Source of the DNA: Thermoleophilia bacterium
GTDB lineage: Bacteria > Actinomycetota > Thermoleophilia > BMS3ABIN01
Assembly: GCA_041658605.1 (NCBI GenBank)
Contig: JBAZZU010000044.1
Span: forward strand, 1 to 13,654
Length of the DNA stretch: 13,654 nucleotides
Direction: 5' to 3'
This document shows positions 13,521 to 13,654 of the stretch, piece by piece. The position numbers and the translations under genes were made by a program. Each line of letters starts with the position of its first letter. Position 1 is the stretch's first letter. A model generated the notes under the pieces. The model made no database searches and was not told where the DNA came from. It saw only the letters and a list, made by a program, of their open reading frames with translations.

Positions 13521-13654
13521 TTCGTTATGCAGCTGGGCGCTGTTTCAATACCTGACGAATTTCCTGGAGGCAGTTCACTTTACCTTGATGGGTAAGAAGC
13601 TGGGCAAAAAAAGCGTGATTTCCGCATAAACCGGGAATAATAAAATGTGCTCAA

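Noticed and set aside
13582-13623. 13-codon ORF MGKKLGKKSVISA after the SnoaL-like gene
   Set aside because: It is too short, the GGAGG is about 15 nt away (poor spacing), and there is no supporting signal.

Overview
The window holds a cell-surface polysaccharide (dTDP-L-rhamnose) locus, a tRNA, and a membrane-protein neighbourhood. Most of the novelty is in the intergenic DNA rather than the genes. The annotated gene order is listed below.

- **Plus strand, 1..3951:** the C-terminal end of a radical-SAM/SPASM-type protein (1..368), a GT4 glycosyltransferase with a DUF1972-like N-terminus (417..1556), and a large O-antigen-ligase/Wzy_C-like membrane protein with a lysine-rich N-terminal tail and C-terminal TPR repeats (1510..3951).
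- **Minus strand, 3975..7631:** an rmlA-rmlC-rmlD-rmlB operon. It consists of long-form RmlA with a GTG start, short cupin RmlC, RmlD with a TTG start, and RmlB with a TTG start.
- **Plus strand:** a tRNA with anticodon CAT (7968..8044).
- **Minus strand:** a MarP-like fusion of a CvpA membrane domain and a trypsin-like S1 protease (8097..9263).
- **Plus strand:** a secreted or membrane-anchored hypothetical protein (9519..10058), followed by a bidirectional terminator.
- **Minus strand:** a 678-aa flotillin/SPFH (YqiK/FloT-like) gene (10215..12251) with its own promoter and an upstream terminator, and a 98-aa lipoprotein-type small membrane protein (12539..12835).
- **Plus strand:** a SnoaL-like ester cyclase (13134..13520).

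The most unusual signals are these:

- **A family of related repeat elements in all three non-coding gaps of the rml operon.** Each has tandem 18-22-nt units beginning GTCATCC and a conserved terminal motif GTCATCCTGAGC...GAAGGATCT that can fold into a hairpin.
- **A gene-fragment direct repeat bracketing the flotillin gene.** The 3' end of the small lipoprotein gene recurs immediately downstream of the flotillin gene as a diverged fragment with a near-identical core of about 52 nt.
- **A shared TGnTATACT extended -10 motif before rmlA and the tRNA.** The rmlA copy is placed so that its transcript would be leaderless.

No similarity search could be run, so all homology calls rest on recognisable motifs in the translations.
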